A DNA stretch of 64,000 nucleotides from a virus (taxonomy: Duplodnaviria; Caudoviricetes): IMG/VR virus record IMGVR_UViG_3300032116_000009; one strand, given 5' to 3'. A program made the translations under genes and the position numbers. This document shows, in pieces, positions 52,451 to 61,400 of the stretch; position 1 is the stretch's first letter, and each line of letters begins with the position of its first letter. Under the pieces are notes generated by a model. The model did no database searches. It saw nothing but the letters and a program-made list of their open reading frames with translations, and had not been told where the DNA came from.

Positions 52451-55400
52451 TTATTTTTTAAGTTCATTAATTTGATTTTTCAGGTCTTCTATTTGTGATT
52501 GTTGTTCTTTAATTGCCTCGATTAGAACTGCTACCATGTTTCCATAAGCAACAGACTTAGTTCCATCTTCAGTTTCAAATACTAATTCAGGGATTACTTC
52601 TTCAACTTCTTGAGCGACAACACCAATTTGATGTTCGCCATTCATATCAATACGATCATATTCAACTCCACGCAACTTCAATACTTTTTCTAGAGCCTTT
52701 TCAATTGTATTGATGTTTGTCTTTAATTTAATATCAGATTGTGCAGTTACTGTGCCTGGGAAAGTAGTATTACCGGAACCATCAAGGAGAGTTGCAGTTC
52801 TGGTTAGAGTTGAAAATACGCCAGTATATTGTCTAACGTAAATTGGTTCGGTTCCATCATCTGCAGTTGCAATTTCAACATAACCAGCGTTAGAAGCAGT
52901 GCCTCCGATTAAAATGCGGAACTGGTCGTTGTCCGCCATGTTACCACGAACAAGTTCAGTGGTATTTGTTCCAGTTACAGTATTGGTTAAATTACCAGTT
53001 ACATTACCAGTAACGTTTCCAGTCACATTACCACTTACATTACCAGTCAATGCACCAACAAATCCTCCAGTTGAAGTTGTTACTCCAGTAACTCTAATGC
53101 CAGTGGAATTAACAATTACATTAGTACCAATAGTAGCAGAAGTAGCAGTTAATGCGTTAACCGTAACACTTGGGGTTCCAGTTAATCCAGTAGCATTACC
53201 ATTGATACTACCGTTAAATGTTCCAGAGAATGTTGCGGTAATTATTCCTGCGTTAAAGTTACCAAAAGCATCACGAGCTACAATGGTGCTTGCTGTATTT
53301 GCTGCAGTTGCGTTTGATGTAACAGTAAATGTAGCTGCTCCAGAGTTATTATAAGTGGTGGAACCAGAAATACCAGTTCCAGATGTATTCATAGTTAATG
53401 TATTCGCAAGAGGTCTCTGCCATGTACCAGAGTCATTCCACAATTCTAGATTACTTGCAACGTTCCAAGAACCAGTTGCATTATTAGATGCATACCATCT
53501 TGCGCCACTTCCAGGTTGGAGTAAGAACAATTGGTTATTATTGTTACCAGCTGGAGCACTATGTACCCAAGATCCATCAGTATAGTAAATATTAGAACTT
53601 AAGAAGACTATTCCATCCCAAGTAAGAACACCAAATGATGACTGGGAAGGTTTCTTGATGATCAATTGAGAGTCATTATCACCAGTTGTTCCGTTAACAA
53701 CTAGTCCACCACCACCAATCGCTGTTCCAGTACCACCAACAATTGTTGTACCCGTAATAGTATTTCCATTAATATTACCAGAAGCATCACGTCTTACAAT
53801 AGTATTTCCTGTATTTGTGGTTGCAGAACTAAATCCATTGAGTAAAGCAGCATTTAAGTTAGTTACCTCTGTAGTTGAAGAAACTGTAAATGGAGCAGTT
53901 CCTGTTGCAACTGTTGAAATTAATCTTGTAGCAGAAATTGTTGAAGCGGCAGTTAAAGCTCCTGCAGCAGTTAGAGTTAATATTTCTGAGAATGATGTTT
54001 GGCTATTTACTTTATACCATCTATGAGTTCCTCCAGAATAATAAGAAACCGTATCACTATGAATTCCAAATCCACCAGCCCAAGTACTGCCATCATTATA
54101 AAGGGTAATTTTATTTGGACCACGAGCAGCATCATTAAAGGAATTATCAAATACTAATCTCTTATAAGTTCCAAATGCAGTGGTATTAGAAGAAGCACCA
54201 CCATCATTGATGGTAACATTGTTACTGAATGTTCCAGCGCCGCCACTAAATGTTGTTGCACTAATTGTACCAGCGCTAAAGTTACCAGAAGCATCACGAG
54301 AAACTATCGCACCTGCAGTATTTGCAGAAGTTGCATTAGATGTAACTGTGAATGTAACAGCACCAGAACCATTATAAGTTGTAGAACCGGAAAGACCAGT
54401 TCCAGATGTATTCAAGGTTAATGTATTTAAATTTGATCCAAGTGAAACACCAGAAATGGTTGAGTTTGCTAGATTTGCATTTGTAATTCCAGCAGAACCA
54501 CTTAAGTTTGCATTAGTCAGACCAGAAATAGTATTAGATCCTGCAGCGATTGTTTTGTTAGTTAATGTATCAGTTGAAGATACAGTTACAACATTAACGC
54601 CTTCAACGGCAATTCTACCTGCAGAAGCTCTAGTAATTGTAGTGTCAGTTAGATTTCCAAGTTCAATCGAAGTAATAATTCCCGATGTAGCTGTTATTGT
54701 ATTAACAGTGATACTTGGTGTTCCACTTAAGCCTGTTGCATTTCCAGTGACGTTGCCAGTTAGTGGTCCTACGAATGAAGTTGCAGTTACTACGCCAGTT
54801 ACGTTAATACCTGTAGAATTGAGAACTACATTTGTACCCACTACACCTGAAGTTGCAGTTAAAGCATTGATAGTGATACTTGGTGTTCCACTTAAGCCTG
54901 TTGCATTTCCAGTAACATTTCCTGTCAATGGACCTACAAAAGAAGTTGCAGTTATTATACCAGTTACATTGATACCAGTGGAATTAAGAACTACGTTTGT
55001 GCCTACTACAGCTGAAGTAGCAGTTAGAGCATTGATGGTGATACTCGGAGTTCCTGAGAGACCTCCTGCTGTACCACTCACATTACCTGTTACATTGCCA
55101 GTAACATTACCAGTTAATGGACCTACAAATGAAGTTGCAGTTACAATTCCTGCAGCAAATCCACCAAGAACGTTACGAAGTACAATTCTACTTGCAGTAT
55201 TTGCACTATCAGTAGAGTAACCTTCCAATAGTGATGCATTAAGATTAGTTACCTGTGTGGTAGAAGTGACAGTAAATGGAGCTGTACCTGTTGATACATT
55301 GGAAATAAATCTTGTAGCGGTAACAATACCTGGGAACGTAGTATTACCGGAACCATCAAGAAGAGTTGCAGTTCTCTGTAAGGATGTAAAAGTACCACTG

Positions 55401-58400
55401 TACTGTCTTACATAAATTGGTTCTGTTCCATCGTCTGCAGTTGCAATTTCAACATAACCAGCGTTAGAAGTTGTTCCACCAATAAGGATGCGGAAGAAAT
55501 CATTATCAGCCATGTTACCACGAACTAGTTCTGTGGTAGCAGTTCCTGTAACAGTATTACTGATATTACCTGTTAGGTTGCCTGTAACATTACCAGTTAA
55601 ATTGCCAGTTACATTACCGGTTAGAGGTCCAACGAAAGAAGTAGCCGTAACAATACCTGCACTAAATCCACCCCAAGCATCTCTAGAAACAATAGTACTT
55701 ACCGTATTAGTTGTTGAAGAGTTGAGTCCATCAAGTAAATCTGCATCTAGTCCAGATCCAGAACCATCATTACCTTGATGCCATAACTTGTTCCAAGCTG
55801 TTGTTCCACTACCATTTGTTGAACGATAGTAAATATCATTACTATTATAAAAACTTCCAGCAAACTGCATTGCATAGTAATTCGCTGTATTACTATGTGT
55901 AGAACTGAGAAGGTGATACCAAGTATTTGTTGTTTGTGGCCAACCTTCTGCAGTTGTAGCAGTGTCAGTCTGCCAGAAACCACTCTTAGTTCTTGTAGTA
56001 ATATCGTCCTTGGTTTTAGCTTCAGCTTCAAATGAACTTGAGAATAATTGTGTTCCTGACCAAGTATTTGATCCGTCTAAAAGTGGAATTGTATTTCCAG
56101 ATGTTCCAGTGTTCTTCCCATCAAGTAAATCTGCATTCAAATTAGTTACTAATGTAGTAGAAGAAACTGTGAATGGTGCAGTTCCTGTAGCCTGAGTTGA
56201 TGTGAATCTTGTTGCTTGTATTGCTCCAGTAAATGTACCTGTTCCAGCAACACTAACTGTTACAACATCTGTTCCTCCAGAATTTCTAAGAATCCAATTC
56301 GTTGTATACTGATTATAAAGAGAACCGTTGAAGTATTGAATCTTCGCAGCTTTATTGCCCGTCCAATTTGAACTATTTGCAAAAGAAATATCTTTATCAA
56401 TTAGAACAGTGAATCCAGCACCCACTACTCCTGCAAATTCTGGACTTCCAGTTAAAGTATAAGAACTTCCATTTCCAAGTAAAGTAAATCCAAGTGAAGG
56501 AGCTGCAGTAAGATTAGTTCCACCTCTTGTTACTGGTAGAGTTCCAGTACTATTGAGAATATCAAGATAATATGCACTGTTCTGACCACCTAGAGTGGCA
56601 GCATCCACATCTCCAGTCACAGAATTCTTAATACTTATAGCACCATCTGTACCAACTGTAAATGTAGAAGACTTGAATCTAGATACACCAAGAGTTGAAT
56701 ATTCATCTGAAGAAGTTTGAGCTCTATTCAGAGTTATGTTGATATTTCCATAGTAAGTATTAACTCCAACTCCACCTGGGGCTAGTTCGGAACTAGTAGC
56801 AGTTACACCAATTGGTTGAGTTGTTCCAATTCCAACTGAAGTAATTACTTTCTGATATGAAGAATCACCTCTCAAGAATGTCTGGTCATTAGCAGTTCCA
56901 CTTCCAAGTCTAGATGGTGATAATGTACCAGTAATAATGTTGGACGCATCTAAACTTCCTACAGAAAGTAGTGACCAATTATTGGTATCTGAAGATGAAG
57001 TGTTAACAGTTCTAGAATACTCAACATTTTGCTCTGTAAGAGTCATAATTCCTACAGCACTATTAATGGTGCCTCCTGCCAAACTTACAGTGTTTAGAAG
57101 TAGACCATTAATAGAAGCTAAAGCCGCAGCTCTAGTTTCATGGAATGTAAATGAGTTTGTAGTTACTGATCCAGCAAAGTAGAAACTACCAGTAGTAATT
57201 CCGGTTGGAGTATTACCAGTGACTTTTACTGCTTCACCCTGACTCAATCCATGGTTTTTAAATGTTATCTGATCAGTTAAAGTATTGACCCCAACACGAC
57301 TCAATGAATGAGTTAAAGTACCACTACTTGTCAGATCTTTAATAGTTACAAGTGCATAGGTTGAATAAAGTTGAACAGATGTTAAACCTACAGTCTTAAT
57401 ATAATATGTTGTAGTGTCCAGTAGTGGACCTATTGGAGTTCCACCACCACTACGGTAAATTACTGGATCTCCATCAACAAAACTATGACCAGATCCAACA
57501 ACAATTCTATCATTTGCAAAGTCAACACTACCGCCAACGCTAATATCCGTAGGGGTGAAGGTTACAGTATATCCTATTCCAATATTAGTTGAAATAGCAA
57601 CTGCATTTCTATCAGAAACGAAGTCTGAAAGTGCAGAACTTCCTGGGAATTTCTGTCCATTAGAAAGGGCAAGATAGAGCCTTGTTTCTACAGTAGCTAT
57701 GTTAACAGTAAAGTTAGATCCACCAGTTCTTCCACCAATTGGAGTGGGATTATTAAGAGTTAATACGTCACCTACAGCAAATTTGTATCCACCAGTATTA
57801 ATTGCAACATTAGTAACTGTTCCACTAACACCAACTGTAATCGTAGCAGTAATTCCGGTTCCAATACCAGTAGAAGTATCAAGACGAACACCCGTATAGA
57901 TTCCTGGATTATTGTATCCAGAACCACCAACTAAAGAATTCAATGTTAAAGGTACGCCTCTGACAAGACCAGTAGTTCCATAACCTACATTTGGGAAAGA
58001 TAATGTAGTTGTACCTAAACCAACTCCAATTCTTGGTGGAGCAGTTACAACACCAATTGCACCACCACCAGAAGTTACACTAACTACTTCATCCCCATTC
58101 AGGAAATTGTAGACAGTTGAATTGTTTAGAACCAAATATTGACCTACAGTATCAGTAATTAGAACGAATGAATCTGTTGGCTCAACTACAGTATCTCCGG
58201 ATACTAAGCTAGTAGCAGGAATATAGTTAACTAACTGAGTTCTTCCACCATCTACTGAAGACTTATAGTAATTGACAGTTTTTGGTGGAATTAGATCAGC
58301 ATTAATTTGACCGATTGAATTGAGTTGAACAACAGCGTTAGGAATAGCGTTTGTAGAAACTGATTTATCAATAAAATCTCCAAGTCTATTATTCAAGAAT

Positions 58401-61400
58401 GATCTAGTTGAAAGTTGTGTAGGAACTCTAGAGTGCTTAGGTCCACCAATTTCATTATCACCAAGATCCGTATCCGTAGAGAACTCTTCAATTACGTTAC
58501 CACCAGACAGCGATAATCTAATAGAATCAAGAGTACCAATAGTAACAGTATTATTGAAGATAATGTTACCAGTTCTGTTATAGGCAACAATCGAATCACC
58601 AATCTTAAAGTCTCCAAGTTCATTGGTACCGGATGAATAAACTCTACCACCAAGTTCAGAAACTTGTTCAGATCTTGGATCGGTTTGACCTCCATTTTGT
58701 GGGAGAGCATTATAATCTATACCAGAACCAGAGAATTCCCAAGTGTGTGATGAAGAGTTTACAATAGATGGTCTGTGGAAGTGTAGTTTATACACTTCAG
58801 GTAAAGTTCCAATATTCTGAACGAGTGTTCCAGCTATTGTAGAATCTGTCTTAAATTCAACAGTCCAATAAGTAGTTAATCCGACAACAGCACTTACCCC
58901 GATAGAAATCGGAGATGGACTGTGATCATTAATGTTTAATACTGTTGTTCCATTAGTAACTGAGAAATTCCTTCTAACTCCAGAAGAAAGTTCTAATGCG
59001 ACAATAAGTTCTCTAGTAGTGTTGTTATACGTTACCGCAAATCCAGTTGCAGTTCCTCCAACTACAGTTTGACTGATTAATCTACCAGAAACAAACGATG
59101 CTGTAGAACCCACTCCAGCAAGGGTTAGTTTTTGATATGAATTATGTGAATCAATAATTTCTTTTACGAAGAAGTCTTGAGTTGACTTTGTAATAGTATG
59201 AATACCAGTACTTAGTGAAGTCAAGTCAACGATGGTATTCAATGACTCATCTTCAGCTAACTTGAAATTATCAGCATCAATATAAACAACATAGTATTGG
59301 TTGTCGTTAACCAGTCCACCAACAATTCTATTTGGAATTACTTGTTCGTCTCCATTGTAAATAACTGGATCAGCATTATTAAATCCGTGAGTTGTAATTG
59401 TAATAGTATTCTCAGTTAGACCAACTCCAGTAGCTCCATTAAATTCTTTTACTGTTACTGCTGGTTTGAACTGTGAAGTTCTATCAACTCCATTTCCATC
59501 GAAGAATCTGAGAATATAGTTTTCAACATCAGATCTACCATATCCAACTGCCTTGAGTGTTTGTAATCCACCAGAAGTGCCAGTCGCGGCAACTCTACCA
59601 CGATCAAAAATGAACGAATTTCTACTATATCCAGTAGATCTTAAAGCATATAAACCGAAGTTAGTTGCAGAGTTTGTAATGGATAGGTATCCACCAGACT
59701 GCGCTAGGGATCCATATCTACAGAAAATTTGGAAACAAGAAACAACCTGTGAATATCCATCGTTAATAACACGCCAACCGATACCACCGAAGGAAACCAT
59801 CGTAAATGCTGCGGCAACCATGGACTTACCTTGTTCTGGTTGAATAGCATCTGGACCAACTTCTACCTCTTCAGAAATAAGAGGTACGTTTGGTGTTAGT
59901 ACTTTATTTCCATCAACCAACATTCCATTACCACCTAAGAATGATAGAATGGAACAGTTCTGAATATATGGAGATCTAGTAATAGTTGGTTTGTCTAATT
60001 TAGTAGCATAACCGGCTCTGGAAGTTAGATTATCCGAAGGATCATCAAAAGCTACAGCGTAATCAAATGTATTTTGGGGAACACCTGCGAGATCAATCGC
60101 ATCCTTCATAGCAAAACCAGTGAGATAGATTCCATTTCTTACACGGAATAAATCTTTACCAGCATTTGCAGGTCTAATTATAGTATTTCTTAGGTTATCG
60201 CCAACGATTGCAACATCATCATAAAGAATGATTGGGTTATCTTCTACATAGTTTCCAGCCTCAACGATAATACAAACAGGTTGTGACTGTGTTCCTGGTG
60301 CAACCAATGCTGGGGCTGCAGTTGTGCCAAGACCAACAATAGTTGTAATGATGCCAACATAGTTAACTAATGCAGATCTGACATCCGCACAATCGGTTAA
60401 ACCTAAGTTTGTAGTTGCAATTCCAACAATACTTCCACTAATGACTGCAGTTGTAAGAATTCCAACAAGGTTATCAATATTAGATCTTATGTTCGCACAA
60501 ACATTTACATCTTTGTTTGTGGATCCAACACTAACATCATTTTGGATACTTAAATCCTGGTAATTTAACCAATTTGTTACAGCTCTCTTTGCATAAGTAC
60601 CTAAACTCTGGAATGCGTAAGCTGAGATTACTTCTTCACCCAACAATCCATCTGTTCTTGCTGCACCAGCACCATCGAAGTACTTTTTAGTTGCATAAAG
60701 AATATGTTGGTTAGTTCCGTAAGAGATATCTTGAGCAACAGCATCGACAATGTATCCAAGATCTCTTGCACATTTACGTCCACCAACAACATTAGTGGTT
60801 CCAATTCCTACAAAATCACTTACATTATAGGTAGAGTTGACCAAGAAATATCCATAATTTGTTGTTGCACCAATTCCAGCAGTACTACCAGAACCAACAG
60901 CTGTTGTAACAATTCCAGTCAACGTATCAATAGTTGATCTTACATTAGAACAAGAATTAGGATCAGTGTTAAATCCAGTTACTGGATCTGCAGTAATAGT
61001 AAGATCTCTAGAATTAAGCTGATTGGTAACAGCTTTCTTCATGTAATCTCTAGCACTCTCAAACACATAATTAGATTCTGCGGTTTCTCCGGCTAAACCA
61101 TCCGCAAGAAGATTACCTACATTACTGAAATAGAATCCAGTAAATGCACGAGCATAATTATTACCACCTGTAAACACATCAGTAGAAACGGCATCAATAA
61201 AGAATCCGGTATCTCTAGCACACTTCCAGATACCCTCTGTCATTCCATATCCAATGACGTTGAGATCAAAATCACCGTAATTTACTGCAGGGAGTCCACT
61301 AGTATTTCCAACTCCTATTGCTGCAGTTACGATTCCAACGAGAGAAACAATGGTATTTTGTACATCTGTACATGCAGTTGTACTGGAAACACCTACGTTA

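Noticed and set aside
52759-55536. Possible diversity-generating retroelement TR/VR pair in the tail fibre
   Set aside because: Both copies are in-frame coding modules, the differences inspected are mostly synonymous and not adenine-specific, and there is no reverse transcriptase in the window.
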